A stretch of 64,000 nucleotides of DNA from an uncultured Pelagibacteraceae bacterium (GCA_902601785.1 CACKOH010000001.1:54688-118687), one strand, 5' to 3'; counted from the stretch's first letter, positions 20,974 through 32,479 are shown. Numbers and translations are program-made. The notes: generated by a model from the letters alone, not told the origin.

Positions 20974-22198
20974 ATTTTAAGGCTTTTATTGGATCAAGTT
21001 TTGCAGCTTTTAAAGCAGGAAATATTGAAACTACTATAGTTATTAATATTGAACATATTGATATAATTACGATTGATTTTAGATTTATTTCTGAAGGCAT
21101 TTTACTTAAGAAATAAATTTCTTCAGGAAATAAACTAATGTTAAACGTTGAGCTTAAAAATTGCCTTAAATTTTCAACATATAGTGAGAATGTTACCCCT
21201 AAAAAAATTCCAAATATAGTTGCAGAAGTTCCTATAATTACCCCTATTAAGAAGAAAATTTTGACAATTGATTTATTCAAGACTCCAATTGATTTTAAAA
21301 TAGCGATATCTTTAGTCTTGTTTTTAACTAAGATTGTCAAGCCAGATATAATATTAAACGCAGCAACAATAATAATTAAGGACAATATAATAAACATAAC
21401 GTTTCTTTCAACTTTTAAGGCTGAAAAGAGAGAACTATTCATATCTGCCCAGCTATAAACAAATTCTTGATCATAGATCTTTTGAAATTCATGTTTTTGT
21501 TTTTCTATATTTTTAGGATCTTTTAAATAAACTTCTAAGTTTCTTTGCTCTTTTTCAAAACCAAAAAAATCTTCAAGTGTGGACAAATTAATTAGTGCAA
21601 TATTATTGTCAAATTCTGCTAAACCACTATTAAATATTGATGTAACTGTAAAAGTTTTTTGTTTTGGCATGCTTCCTATTATGGTTTGCACACCACTGGG
21701 TGATAAAATTGTTATCTCATCTCCAATTTTCAGATTTAAAGAAATACTAAGTTCATTTCCAATCGAGATATAATTCTTATCTAAATTAAGTTTATTACCT
21801 TTAAAATTTTTATTTTTAATAATCTCTAATTTAGAAAAATCATTACTTAAATAGCCCCTTAATACAATTCCTTTTGAGGTTTGATTTTTTAAAATTATAG
21901 CCTCCCCAGAATTGCTAAATAGTACATTTTTAGAAATAGATTTTAAAGTACCACTATCTATTTTGCTTTTATCAATTATTTGATCATAAGATTTAATAGT
22001 TAAATGAGAGTTAAATCCAATAATTTTATTTATTAATTCAGTTCTAAATCCATTCATAACTGACATAACAATTATAAGAACAGCAACTCCAAGACTAATG
22101 CCAATGAATGAGAAAATAGATATGACATTTAAAAACCCATCTTTTTTACGAGCTTTTAAAAACCTTAGTGTAATTTCTTTTTCTAAATTAGAAATCAA
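20966..22198 (-). CDS. lolC: Lipoprotein-releasing ABC transporter permease (LolC/E family)
   Basis: LGVAVLIIVMSVMNGF, VAAFNII and PA.KAAKLDP..ALKYE motifs. Confidence 0.9.
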   Translation of the reverse strand: MISNLEKEITLRFLKARKKDGFLNVISIFSFIGISLGVAVLIIVMSVMNGFRTELINKIIGFNSHLTIKSYDQIIDKSKIDSGTLKSISKNVLFSNSGEAIILKNQTSKGIVLRGYLSNDFSKLEIIKNKNFKGNKLNLDKNYISIGNELSISLNLKIGDEITILSPSGVQTIIGSMPKQKTFTVTSIFNSGLAEFDNNIALINLSTLEDFFGFEKEQRNLEVYLKDPKNIEKQKHEFQKIYDQEFVYSWADMNSSLFSALKVERNVMFIILSLIIIVAAFNIISGLTILVKNKTKDIAILKSIGVLNKSIVKIFFLIGVIIGTSATIFGIFLGVTFSLYVENLRQFLSSTFNISLFPEEIYFLSKMPSEINLKSIVIISICSILITIVVSIFPALKAAKLDPIKALKYE

Positions 22199-23529
22199 TT
22201 TGAATTTTTTTGTTTTTTAATAATTTCTACAATTTTGGTTAAAGATATATTTTGGGTTTCTTTTCCAGTTTCTTTAAATTCCAATAAATCACCGTCTGCT
22301 TTTTTACCAATAATGATTTGATAAGGAGTACCAATTAAATTCATTTTTTTTATTTTTGATGAAAAATTTTCTTCAGTATCATCAATTATAGCATCAATTT
22401 TATTTTTAATTAATTCTTTATTAATATTGATTGCTTTATCTAAAGCAGATGTGTCATTTTTATTTATCATTGGTATCAAAGCAATGTCATAAGGAGCAAC
22501 AGACAATGGCCATTTCATGATTTCATTTTTGTCATCATATTTAGCCTCTATAATGGCACCTACTAACCTTGATACACCAATTCCATATGAGCCCATTTTA
22601 ACAAAGTCTTTCTTACCACCAGGTAAATCAACCGAAGCGCCCATTGCTTTTGAATATTTATCACCAAAATAAAAAATGTGTCCTACTTCAATACCTTTTG
22701 TGATCAATCTATTTTCTTCAGATACAACTTTTTCAAATTCCTCCTTATTGAATTTTTCATCAGTAACTGAATAATACTGCTCATATTTTTTTCTCATTTG
22801 TTGTAAGGAATTTTTTTCTAATTCTGTCTCATTACTATTTAAGTCAAAAATTCTTTTGTCAGTAAAAATTTTACTTTCACCCGTGTCAGCTAAAATAATA
22901 AATTCATGAGATAAATTTCCTCCGATTGGACCGGTGTCCGCAGCCATTGGAATGGCAGTCAAAGACAGTCTTTTAAAAGTTCTTAGGTAGGATAAAAAAA
23001 ATTTATTATAAGAATAGAATGCTTCATCGTCAGAAATATCAAAAGAGTAAGCATCTTTCATATAAAATTCTCTACCTCTCATTATTCCAAATCTTGGTCT
23101 TATTTCGTCTCTAAATTTCCACTGAATATGATAAAGAAGTTGTGGAAGTGATTTATAAGATTTTAAAGAAGATCTAAAAATTTCTGTTACTTGTTCCTCA
23201 TTGGTTGGTCCATAAAGCATCTCACGATTCTGACGATCCTTTATTCTAAGCATTTCTTCACCATAATCTTCATACCTACCACTTTCTTTCCAAATCTCAC
23301 TTGATTGGATTGTGGGCATTAAGATTTCTTGTGCACCAATTTTGTTTTGTTCTTGTCTCACTATCTCCTCAATTTTTTTCATTACTTTGAACCCTAAAGG
23401 TAACCATGAATAAATTCCTGCTGATGCTTGTTTAATCATACCTACTCTCAACATTAATTGATGAGACTTAATTTTGGCTTCAGAAGGATTATTTTTTAAA
23501 ATAGGGACAAATGATTTAGATAATAACAT
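22195..23529 (-). CDS. proS: Proline--tRNA ligase (short form without editing domain)
   Basis: SHQLMLRVG, GPTNEE, KFRDEIRPRFG, GIEVGHIF and MGSYGIGVSR motifs. Confidence 0.97.
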   Translation of the reverse strand: MLLSKSFVPILKNNPSEAKIKSHQLMLRVGMIKQASAGIYSWLPLGFKVMKKIEEIVRQEQNKIGAQEILMPTIQSSEIWKESGRYEDYGEEMLRIKDRQNREMLYGPTNEEQVTEIFRSSLKSYKSLPQLLYHIQWKFRDEIRPRFGIMRGREFYMKDAYSFDISDDEAFYSYNKFFLSYLRTFKRLSLTAIPMAADTGPIGGNLSHEFIILADTGESKIFTDKRIFDLNSNETELEKNSLQQMRKKYEQYYSVTDEKFNKEEFEKVVSEENRLITKGIEVGHIFYFGDKYSKAMGASVDLPGGKKDFVKMGSYGIGVSRLVGAIIEAKYDDKNEIMKWPLSVAPYDIALIPMINKNDTSALDKAININKELIKNKIDAIIDDTEENFSSKIKKMNLIGTPYQIIIGKKADGDLLEFKETGKETQNISLTKIVEIIKKQKNSN

Positions 23530-23530
23530 C

Positions 23531-23776
23531 TTAAGTGATCATATTTCTTAAATTTAAATATTCAAATTTAATTAATAAGTAAATTATTATAAAAATAATA
23601 GTAGTTATTCCTGTACAATAGAGGAATTTTTTAATCATTTTAGGATTTTCTGGAGATCCAGGATCTTCTCCATCAATTTTAACAGTTTTTGTTCTATTTA
23701 CATCTATTGGTAAGATTGCAAAAAAAATTATCCACCAGATTATTACATAGATTATAGCTAATCCCGTTGCACTCAT
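23531..23776 (-). CDS. DUF1467-family small membrane protein
   Basis: IYVIIWWIIFFAILP and G.DPGSP.NP motifs; usual alphaproteobacterial position upstream of proS. Confidence 0.8.
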   Translation of the reverse strand: MSATGLAIIYVIIWWIIFFAILPIDVNRTKTVKIDGEDPGSPENPKMIKKFLYCTGITTIIFIIIYLLIKFEYLNLRNMIT

Positions 23777-25434
23777 TAAATCCGAACTAAGTTAATATTC
23801 GTGAATGGTTTTTTTCCAGTTTTTTCTTTTGAAAATTTTCTACAAGTAATTTTTAGCGCATCAATAAGATTGTGCTCTTGTTGTCTACTTCCAACTTTGA
23901 AAGATCTTGAAGTTTTTTCAATCTCGTCTTCTAATCCGTAAACAAATTCATCCCTATCATCAATAGGTAAACCTCGAAAAGATAAAACAGGATTACTGTG
24001 TATACTACCCTTTGGCGTTATCATCAGAGTAACCTCTAGATAGCCGTTAGCACTAAGATTTTTTCTATCTTTAATTGACTGTGAGTCAGGGTCAACACTT
24101 ACATTTCCATCAAGATATAACCTGCCACTTGGTGCTTTATCATAAACTTCGGGCTTATTGCCTGGAAAAAGTTTAACAATATCACCATTTTCCACTTGAA
24201 CAGGGTGTGGGACTTGCATTTCTTTTGCAAAATTAATGTGCTCAATCATATGTCTATGCTCACCATGCACTGGTATAACGCATTTAGGTTTTACCCACTG
24301 ATACATATCTTTAAGATCTTCTCTATTGGGATGTCCTGAAACATGAACGAATTCAGTCTCCTCTGATATTACTTCTATACCATCTTTAACTAGTTGATTG
24401 TGAAGCTTATAAAGTTTCTTTTCATTTCCAGGTATAATTTTAGATGAAAATATAACAGCATCTCCATTTTCAATATAAACATCCGGATGAACATAGCTGG
24501 AAATTCTCATCATTGCTCCCATAGGTTCACCTTGACTTCCAGTGCATAAATAAACTATTTTTTCTCTTGAAAAATTTTTAGCTTCTCGAGGGTCAATAGG
24601 TTCAATAGTATTTTTTAGATATCCACATTGACGTGCTGCTTTATAAATACGGTGCATCGATCTTCCTACAAGAGAAATTTGTCTTCCGGTTTGTTCTGCG
24701 CAATAAAAAGCTGTTTCCATTCTTGCTACATTTGAAGCAAAGGATGTGATAATAATTCTTTTTTTTAAGCGTGACATTACGTTTAACATATTTTTTCTTA
24801 CATCTAGCTCAGACCCTGATCTACCGGCACTAAAAACATTAGTTGAGTCACATATCATTGCAAGTACACCTTCGTTTCCTATTTCTTTTAATCTTTTTTC
24901 GTTTATGTTATCACCAATTAGTGGATTGGGATCTACCTTCCAGTCACCAGTATGTAAAATAACTCCAGCTGGTGTTTTAATTCTAAGACCATTTGGTTCT
25001 AAAATTGAGTGTGTTAAGGTGATGTATTCGATTTCAAATGGTTCTAAGCGCACAGATCCGTTCAACTCTACAATCTTTAAATCATTTGTAATATCAATTT
25101 GCTTTTCTTTAAATTTTTCTCTGATCAAAACTGCTGTAAATGGAGTTGCAAAAATTTTACATTTTAATTTGGGCCATAAGTGAGCAATTGCTCCAATATG
25201 ATCTTCATGAGCATGAGTGAGTACGATACCAAGCAAATTATCTTTTCTCTCAACTATAAATCCTGGATCAGGATAAATTAAATCAACACCTGGAATGGTA
25301 TCATCAGCAAAAGTAACTCCTATATCGACCATTATCCATTTGTGATTGCTTGGTTGACCGTAACCAAACAAATTCATATTCATTCCAATTTCACCAGAAC
25401 CACCTAATGGACAGAATAAAAGTTCATCTTTCAT
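23776..25434 (-). CDS. rnj: Ribonuclease J
   Basis: PLGG.GEIGMN, THAHEDHIG, HTGDWK, TGSQGEP, HVSGH and PVHGE motifs. Confidence 0.96.
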   Translation of the reverse strand: MKDELLFCPLGGSGEIGMNMNLFGYGQPSNHKWIMVDIGVTFADDTIPGVDLIYPDPGFIVERKDNLLGIVLTHAHEDHIGAIAHLWPKLKCKIFATPFTAVLIREKFKEKQIDITNDLKIVELNGSVRLEPFEIEYITLTHSILEPNGLRIKTPAGVILHTGDWKVDPNPLIGDNINEKRLKEIGNEGVLAMICDSTNVFSAGRSGSELDVRKNMLNVMSRLKKRIIITSFASNVARMETAFYCAEQTGRQISLVGRSMHRIYKAARQCGYLKNTIEPIDPREAKNFSREKIVYLCTGSQGEPMGAMMRISSYVHPDVYIENGDAVIFSSKIIPGNEKKLYKLHNQLVKDGIEVISEETEFVHVSGHPNREDLKDMYQWVKPKCVIPVHGEHRHMIEHINFAKEMQVPHPVQVENGDIVKLFPGNKPEVYDKAPSGRLYLDGNVSVDPDSQSIKDRKNLSANGYLEVTLMITPKGSIHSNPVLSFRGLPIDDRDEFVYGLEDEIEKTSRSFKVGSRQQEHNLIDALKITCRKFSKEKTGKKPFTNINLVRI

Positions 25435-25435
25435 A

Positions 25436-26182
25436 TTATTTAATTAACCTTGAAATTTTAATTAGACCTTTAATTGTAATATCTTGATTTTGAAAAACTT
25501 TCGTTTTAATTGAGTTTTTAAATAAACCTGAAAATCCTCCCGTTATAATTACTTTAAAAGATCGTCTAGTTTCTTTCTTAATTAAATTAATAATATTGTC
25601 AATTAAACCCGCGTATCCCCAAAAAAAACCTGATCTAACAGCTGAGATTGTATTCTTTCCAATAACTTTATTTATTTTTTTTAAGTCAATCTTTGGTATC
25701 AGTGTTGCCCTATCTGATAGGGAATTAAGGGATAACTTTACACCAGGTGCAATAATTCCCCCAAAGTATATTTTTTTAACTATGACATCAAAAGTTGTAG
25801 CCGTGCCAAAATCTAAAATAATATAATTATTTTTACCATTCATTAAGCTAATTGCATTAGTTATTCTATCGGAACCTACTTGTTTGTAGTCAACTTTAAC
25901 TTTAATTAAAGATTTTAAATTTAAATTTTTAACCTCGTAACAATTTCTATTAGTTTTCTTAGATAAAAATTTTTTAATTAAATTAAAAGTCTTTGGAACA
26001 ACGCTACAGAAAAGAATTTTTTTTATATCTTTAAATTTAAAATTATTTTTTTTAAGTATTATTGATAATTTATAATTTGTTATTTCTTTTGATGAAAAAT
26101 TTATTTTTTTTATAATTTTATTTTTTTTTGAAACTAACCAAATTTTAGTTTCCGTATTTCCTATATCACCTAAAATATACAT
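25436..26182 (-). CDS. coaX: Type III pantothenate kinase
   Basis: DIGNT, VGSDR, DFGTATT, GGIIAPG and TGG motifs. Confidence 0.95.
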   Translation of the reverse strand: MYILGDIGNTETKIWLVSKKNKIIKKINFSSKEITNYKLSIILKKNNFKFKDIKKILFCSVVPKTFNLIKKFLSKKTNRNCYEVKNLNLKSLIKVKVDYKQVGSDRITNAISLMNGKNNYIILDFGTATTFDVIVKKIYFGGIIAPGVKLSLNSLSDRATLIPKIDLKKINKVIGKNTISAVRSGFFWGYAGLIDNIINLIKKETRRSFKVIITGGFSGLFKNSIKTKVFQNQDITIKGLIKISRLIK

Positions 26183-26727
26183 CAATTATTAACCTTAAGA
26201 TTATACATTTTTAATAAATTATTTTCAAAAATTTGCTTTAATGATTTTTCTATTTTATTAATTTTAATATATTTATTTGTTAATTCATTTAAATTAGTAG
26301 TTGGACATTTTTTAATATAAGGGCTTTTATTTATATTAATACCTATTCCTGTAATAAGGTACTTTTTATTCTTTATAAAAATTATTTCTTGCAAGATACC
26401 ACATATTTTTTTCTTATCGATAAAAAGATCATTTGGTTTTTTATATAAAATTTTTTTATATGTATATTTTGATATTAATTTTTTTATCAATAAACAATTT
26501 AATTTTGTAATCGTTGCAATTGATAATTTAATTTTATTTACTTCATAAAAAAAAGTTACAAACAAATTTCCTTTAAGTGAAATCCACTTTCTACCATATT
26601 GACCTTTACCATTTGTTTGAGACTCTGAAATTACCATTCCATATTTATGATGTGTTTTTTTAATAATTCTGATAGCAGTATTGTTAGTGCTTCTCACTTT
26701 TTTAAATTTAAATTTTTTGAATTTCAT
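26182..26727 (-). CDS. birA: Biotin--acetyl-CoA-carboxylase ligase (minimal catalytic domain only)
   Basis: STN, QT.GKG..GRKWIS, KPND, KKICGIL.E and GIGIN motifs. Confidence 0.9.
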   Translation of the reverse strand: MKFKKFKFKKVRSTNNTAIRIIKKTHHKYGMVISESQTNGKGQYGRKWISLKGNLFVTFFYEVNKIKLSIATITKLNCLLIKKLISKYTYKKILYKKPNDLFIDKKKICGILQEIIFIKNKKYLITGIGININKSPYIKKCPTTNLNELTNKYIKINKIEKSLKQIFENNLLKMYNLKVNN

Positions 26728-28145
26728 TAAATAATAATAATTCTTGAAACTACCTCAATTAATTGACTTGGAAATATGAAGTATAAAAGAATTAATATTG
26801 TTGAAAAAGTAAGTGAAAATTTCAACCATAATCCATGATCAGAGTCATATTTTTCTTTTTCTTTATCGAAATAAATTATTTTAATAATTCTCAGATAATA
26901 AAATGCTGCAATTACAGTTGATAGCAATCCAACTATTGCTAAGAAGTACATTGATTGTTCAATTACAGCTTTAAATACGTAGAATTTTGCAAAGAAACCA
27001 GCCAAGGGTGGTATCCCAGCAAGTGAAAATAATATAATTAATAAAGATAATGATAATAGTGGGTGGTTTTTTGAAAGACCTGAAAGATCATCTATATCCT
27101 CATAATATTGGTCATTTCTTTTTAGCATCAATAAACATGAAAACAGAGCTAAATTCATTAGCACATAAATAGAAATATATATTATTGAACTTTGAATTCC
27201 GTCATTAGAGCCAGTAGCTAAACCTGCTAAAGTATAACCAATATGTCCAATAGAGCTATAAGCTACAAGTCTTTTAATATTAGTTTGACCTATTGCTGCA
27301 ATTGCACCAAAAATCATAGAAGCTATAGATAAAAAGACAATAATCATCTGCCATTGATCTATTAGATTTAAAAATGGAACATATAAAAATCTTATGAATA
27401 CTGTAAGTGCAGCAATTTTAGGTACCATTGTAAAGAAAAGCGTTACTGTTGTTGGAGACCCTTCATAAACATCCGGTGCCCACATATGAAATGGTACTGC
27501 AGAAATTTTAAATGCTAAACCAACTAATATAAAAACAATACCAAAAGTTAAAGCATATTCATTGGATGTAAGTTGATTTGCTATAACATCAAAATTTGTT
27601 GACCCAGAAAAACCATAAATTAATGAACAACCGTATAATAGTAGACCAGAAGACAGTGCGCTTAGAACAAAATATTTCAATCCAGCTTCAGAAGACTTTA
27701 ATTGGTCTCTATTAAAAGTTGCCAAAACATAAAGAGCTAGTGACTGCAATTCTAAACCCATATAAAAAACCATCAGATCATTAGAACTAATCATAATCAT
27801 CATTCCCAATACAGAACTCAATATCAAAATAGGATATTCAATTTTAAAAATTTTAAATGTTTTTAAATAATTAGATGAAATTCCTAAAACTAAAAAACCA
27901 CCTATAAGAGTAATAATTTTCATTAGTGAAGCCATACGATCAATAACAATACTGTCGTTAAATATCGTAATTCTGTTAACTGAAAAAGTTTCATTAACAG
28001 TAAGAATTATTGCAACCAAAATTGTAACTAAAGATAGATTAAAAGTTAATTGTGAACTATTCTTTTTAAAAACACCTAGTATCAATAAGAACATTACTGA
28101 TAATGAAATAAATATTTCAGGTAAGACTAAATTAAGATTATTCAT
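26727..28145 (-). CDS. nuoN: NADH-quinone oxidoreductase subunit N
   Basis: EAGLKYF and FKISAVPFHMWAPDVYEG motifs. Confidence 0.97.
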   Translation of the reverse strand: MNNLNLVLPEIFISLSVMFLLILGVFKKNSSQLTFNLSLVTILVAIILTVNETFSVNRITIFNDSIVIDRMASLMKIITLIGGFLVLGISSNYLKTFKIFKIEYPILILSSVLGMMIMISSNDLMVFYMGLELQSLALYVLATFNRDQLKSSEAGLKYFVLSALSSGLLLYGCSLIYGFSGSTNFDVIANQLTSNEYALTFGIVFILVGLAFKISAVPFHMWAPDVYEGSPTTVTLFFTMVPKIAALTVFIRFLYVPFLNLIDQWQMIIVFLSIASMIFGAIAAIGQTNIKRLVAYSSIGHIGYTLAGLATGSNDGIQSSIIYISIYVLMNLALFSCLLMLKRNDQYYEDIDDLSGLSKNHPLLSLSLLIILFSLAGIPPLAGFFAKFYVFKAVIEQSMYFLAIVGLLSTVIAAFYYLRIIKIIYFDKEKEKYDSDHGLWLKFSLTFSTILILLYFIFPSQLIEVVSRIIII

Positions 28146-28146
28146 A

Positions 28147-29628
28147 CTACTTGCTTGCTATATTTAAGTTATGCATATTGATTAAATCTGATACTGAAAC
28201 TTCTATAGTGTTAAATAATGGTTCTGGATAAAATCCAAAGAATAGTGTTGGGACTGCTAAGCAGGTTAATATTAAATACTCAGATCTATTTAAATCTACC
28301 ATTTTTTTTAGATCTTCGTTAACTAATTTTCCAAAAACTACTCTTTTATAAAGCCACAACATATAAGCAGCTCCTAAAATTACTCCAAAACTTGCAATTA
28401 CAGCTACCAAAAAATTATCTTTGAAAACCCCCATTAAGATTAAAAATTCTCCTATAAAACCAAAAGTACCAGGCAAACCTAATGCAGCTAATGTAAATAA
28501 CATAAATAAAATAGAATACTTAGGTATGATTGTGACTATACCACCATATGATTTAATTAGTCTTGAGTGCATCCTATCATATACAACACCAACACATAAG
28601 AATAATGCTGCAGAAACTAGTCCGTGGCTTAACATTTGAATAATACTTCCTTCTATACCTTGTTGTTGTAGTGTAAAAATTCCAAGGGTAACGAAACCCA
28701 TGTGTGCAACTGATGAATACGCAATTAGTTTTTTCATATCTTCTTGCATTAAAGCTATGAAAGACGTGAAAACAATTGCTATCACACTTAAAGTATAAAC
28801 CAATGGTGTAAAAACTTCTGACGCCACGGGAAATAGTCCAAGAGAAAATCTAATAAAACCATAACCTGCCATTTTAAGTAATATTGCAGCTAAAAGAACA
28901 GATCCTGCTGTAGGTGCCTCAACATGTGCATCTGGTAGCCATGTATGAACTGGCCACATAGGTGTTTTAACAGCAAAAGAACTAAAGAATGCAAGCCATA
29001 ATAAATTTTGGTATTTTGCATCAATACCTAGTTCGTAAAGTGCAATTACATCTGTAGTACCTGATATCCAATAAATAGATATTATAGCAACCAACATCAA
29101 AACAGATCCTAGCAAAGTGTATAAAAAAAATTTAAATGCTGAATAAACTCTTTTTGGACCTCCCCAAATACCTATTATTAAAAACATTGGAATTAATCCA
29201 GCTTCAAAGAATAAATAGAAAACAACTAAATCAAGAGCACAGAAAACTCCAATCATGAAACTTTCCATAATTAATATTGCAATTAAGAAATCTCTTAATC
29301 TATTTTTGACTGTATTATTTACAGAAACAACACAGAGTGGTGTTATAAAAGTTGTTAATAAAATAAATAAAATTGAAATTCCATCTACTCCAACTTTGTA
29401 ATTAATAAAATCTTTTATCCAGATTCTTTCCTCAACAAATTGAAAGGATGAAGTTGTTTGATCAAAAGATATCCACAAATAAATTGAAATAAAAAAATTT
29501 ACAATTGTGGTAAATAAAGCAACATATTTTGCTGTTAAATTATTTCCATCTTTATCTTTTGTAAAAAATAAAAATAGTGCTCCAACTATTGGAAGCAAAA
29601 TTAGAGATGATAAAATAGGAAAGTTCAT
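28147..29628 (-). CDS. nuoM: NADH-quinone oxidoreductase subunit M
   Basis: HTWLPDAHVEAPTAGS and IAYSSVAHMG motifs. Confidence 0.97.
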   Translation of the reverse strand: MNFPILSSLILLPIVGALFLFFTKDKDGNNLTAKYVALFTTIVNFFISIYLWISFDQTTSSFQFVEERIWIKDFINYKVGVDGISILFILLTTFITPLCVVSVNNTVKNRLRDFLIAILIMESFMIGVFCALDLVVFYLFFEAGLIPMFLIIGIWGGPKRVYSAFKFFLYTLLGSVLMLVAIISIYWISGTTDVIALYELGIDAKYQNLLWLAFFSSFAVKTPMWPVHTWLPDAHVEAPTAGSVLLAAILLKMAGYGFIRFSLGLFPVASEVFTPLVYTLSVIAIVFTSFIALMQEDMKKLIAYSSVAHMGFVTLGIFTLQQQGIEGSIIQMLSHGLVSAALFLCVGVVYDRMHSRLIKSYGGIVTIIPKYSILFMLFTLAALGLPGTFGFIGEFLILMGVFKDNFLVAVIASFGVILGAAYMLWLYKRVVFGKLVNEDLKKMVDLNRSEYLILTCLAVPTLFFGFYPEPLFNTIEVSVSDLINMHNLNIASK

Positions 29629-31538
29629 TATCTTACAATTAAAAAAGTTAAAAAAGCAGAAAAACCTACAAGCATTACGAATGCATACTGATAAATAAAC
29701 CCACTTTGAAATTTATTTGCTTTAATCGAGCATTTTTTTATAAAAGATGAAATTCCATCTGGGCCAAAACCATCAATTATTGTTCCATCAAAAAATTTCC
29801 ACAAAAATAAACCTAAACGTTTTGAGGATTTAATGAACAAAACTTCATACAATTCATCAAAGTACCATTTGTTAACTAAAAACTTATATAAAGGTTTATT
29901 CATTAACACTATTCCATTTGGAATTTCTTTATTTTTAACAAATAAATAATAGGCAATAGGAATTGATATTGTTACTAAGCAAGGTGTTAAAAGTAAAAAC
30001 CATGTAGGTGGATGATCAGTGCTCAAAGGTTCTAAAAACTTTATAGATTCTGCCCAAAAATAATTTTCACCACTTCCAATAAAAAGTCCTTTAAATAAAA
30101 CACCTGCAAAAATTGCACCAATCGAAAGAATAAATAAAGGAATAAGCATTACCATTGGAGATTCGTGAGTTTCCTCTATTTTTATTTCTTTGTTGTTATA
30201 TTCTCCATGGAAAGTCTTAAATATTAATCTCCAAGAATATATTGATGTTAAAAGTGCTGTTAGTATCCCTATACCAGCTGCATAATAACCAACGGTGTTA
30301 CCTTTAAGATAAGCAAATTCTATAATTGCATCTTTTGAGTAAAAACCTGATAAGAAAGGAAAACCAGTCAATGCTAGTGTTCCAATGATCATTAGTGCAT
30401 AGGTGTATGGTAGTTTTTTCCAAACTCCTCCCATTTTATTTATATCTTGCTCGTCTTTAAAAGCATGAATAACAGAACCAGAACCTAAGAATAGTAATGC
30501 TTTAAAAAAAGCATGAGTAAACAAATGGAACATCGCAACGTTATAAGCACCAACCCCAGCTGCAAAAAACATGTATCCTAATTGGCTACATGTTGAATAT
30601 GCAATAATTTTTTTTATATCAGTTTGGACTAAGGCTACTGTTGCTGCAAAGAGGGCTGTTGTCATGCCAACAATAGTTATTAAATTAAGTATTAAGGGTG
30701 AGTATTCATAAATAGGAGAACATCTCACTACTAAAAAGACACCTGCTGTTACCATTGTAGCTGCATGGATTAAAGCTGAAACTGGTGTCGGGCCTTCCAT
30801 AGCGTCAGGTAACCAGGTATGTAATAAAATTTGAGCTGACTTACCCATTGCCCCAATAAATAGAAGTAAGCAAATTAAATCGATTGCCTTTAATTCAAAC
30901 CCTAAAAAAAATAAATTTTTATCAACTATTGTTGGTATTTGTTGAAATACTTCAGAGTAATTTACTGTGCCAAATAAATAAAATATTAGAAAAATTCCTA
31001 AAGCAAAACCAAAGTCTCCAACTCTATTCACAACAAATGCCTTTATTGCAGCAGCATTCGCACTTTCTTTTTTAAACCAAAAACCTATTAGGAAATATGA
31101 ACATAAACCTACTCCCTCCCAACCAAAAAATAATTGAACAAAATTATCCGAAGTTACAAGCATTAACATTGCAAATGTAAAAAGAGATAAGTACGCCATA
31201 AATCTTGGTTTATGAGGATCGTGAGACATATATCCAATTGAATAAATATGAACCAAAGATGATATAGAGGTAACCACAACCAACATAACAGCTGACACTG
31301 GATCAATTAACATTGACCAATTTACATCCAATGAACCTGAGTTGATCCAAGTTGCAATTACTATATTTTCTTCATACTGATTTATAATTACTTGATATAA
31401 AACAAAAATAGATAGTAAGGCTGAAATTGAAACCAAAGCACTTGTAACTATTTCAGAATTTCTATCTCCAATATATTTTCCAAAGAAGCCAGATATTATT
31501 GCTGCAATTAATGGAAGAAATATGATTGAAAGTTCCAT
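29628..31538 (-). CDS. nuoL: NADH-quinone oxidoreductase subunit L
   Basis: WLPDAMEGPTPVSALIHAATMV and HAFFKALLFL motifs. Confidence 0.97.
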   Translation of the reverse strand: MELSIIFLPLIAAIISGFFGKYIGDRNSEIVTSALVSISALLSIFVLYQVIINQYEENIVIATWINSGSLDVNWSMLIDPVSAVMLVVVTSISSLVHIYSIGYMSHDPHKPRFMAYLSLFTFAMLMLVTSDNFVQLFFGWEGVGLCSYFLIGFWFKKESANAAAIKAFVVNRVGDFGFALGIFLIFYLFGTVNYSEVFQQIPTIVDKNLFFLGFELKAIDLICLLLFIGAMGKSAQILLHTWLPDAMEGPTPVSALIHAATMVTAGVFLVVRCSPIYEYSPLILNLITIVGMTTALFAATVALVQTDIKKIIAYSTCSQLGYMFFAAGVGAYNVAMFHLFTHAFFKALLFLGSGSVIHAFKDEQDINKMGGVWKKLPYTYALMIIGTLALTGFPFLSGFYSKDAIIEFAYLKGNTVGYYAAGIGILTALLTSIYSWRLIFKTFHGEYNNKEIKIEETHESPMVMLIPLFILSIGAIFAGVLFKGLFIGSGENYFWAESIKFLEPLSTDHPPTWFLLLTPCLVTISIPIAYYLFVKNKEIPNGIVLMNKPLYKFLVNKWYFDELYEVLFIKSSKRLGLFLWKFFDGTIIDGFGPDGISSFIKKCSIKANKFQSGFIYQYAFVMLVGFSAFLTFLIVR

Positions 31539-31540
31539 TC

Positions 31541-31855
31541 TTATCCTTTCAGCTCATCTATATGCTCAACTCTAATAGTTCCTGAATTTCGATAATAAAC
31601 TACAATAATTGCAAGTCCAATAGCTGCCTCCGCAGCGGCAACTGTTAAAATAAATAAAGTGAAAACCTGACCAGTTAAGTCTCCTAGAAAAATTGAAAAG
31701 GAGACTAAATTGATATTAACAGCTAATAATATTAATTCGATACTCATCAAAATAACAATGATATTTTTTCTATTTAAAAATATACCAATAATTCCAATCG
31801 AGAATATAATTGCACCCAAAGTTAAATAATGTCCAAGACCTATTTCAGTCATCAA
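31541..31855 (-). CDS. nuoK: NADH-quinone oxidoreductase subunit K
   Basis: MSIELIL and [11 protein letters not shown] motifs. Confidence 0.97.
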   Translation of the reverse strand: MMTEIGLGHYLTLGAIIFSIGIIGIFLNRKNIIVILMSIELILLAVNINLVSFSIFLGDLTGQVFTLFILTVAAAEAAIGLAIIVVYYRNSGTIRVEHIDELKG

Positions 31856-32477
31856 TCTTAACTCCTTTATTAGACTCGACGTTCAGAACGCTTACACCAT
31901 CAGATCTCTCTCTTGAAATTTGCTTTATATAGCTTTGTGTTTTTACGCCCTCTCTTTTTCTAAAAGTTAGAACAATTGCTCCAATCATAGCAACTAATAA
32001 AATCATTCCACTAATTTGAAAGATATGGATATAATCGGTGTACAATACTTGACCTAAAGAATGAGTATTACTGACTTTATTAATTGCAATTGAATTATTT
32101 ATATCAAACAAATCTGGTTTATATTTCCAACCACCAACAACGATTATTAATTCAACAAATATAAGAGTGCTTATTATTAAACCTACAGGAATATGTTTTG
32201 AACTTTCTTCTGATGAAAACCATTGATTTTTTTGTTGAGCAACATTTAACATCATTACAACAAACAAAAATAAAACCGCTACAGCTCCTACATAAACAAT
32301 TAGCATAATCATCCCTAAAAACTCTGCCCCAATCATAATAAAAAGACATGAAATACTTATAAAATCTAGGATTAAAAAAAAAACAGAGTGAACTGTATTT
32401 TTGGAAGCAGTAACCATTATTGCAGAGACAATAGCTATGATTGAAAAAGTATAAAAGAAAATGGAGTGTGCGATCAT
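31845..32477 (-). CDS. nuoJ: NADH-quinone oxidoreductase subunit J
   Basis: AEFL and [17 protein letters not shown] motifs. Confidence 0.97.
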   Translation of the reverse strand: MIAHSIFFYTFSIIAIVSAIMVTASKNTVHSVFFLILDFISISCLFIMIGAEFLGMIMLIVYVGAVAVLFLFVVMMLNVAQQKNQWFSSEESSKHIPVGLIISTLIFVELIIVVGGWKYKPDLFDINNSIAINKVSNTHSLGQVLYTDYIHIFQISGMILLVAMIGAIVLTFRKREGVKTQSYIKQISRERSDGVSVLNVESNKGVKIDD

Positions 32478-32479
32478 TT

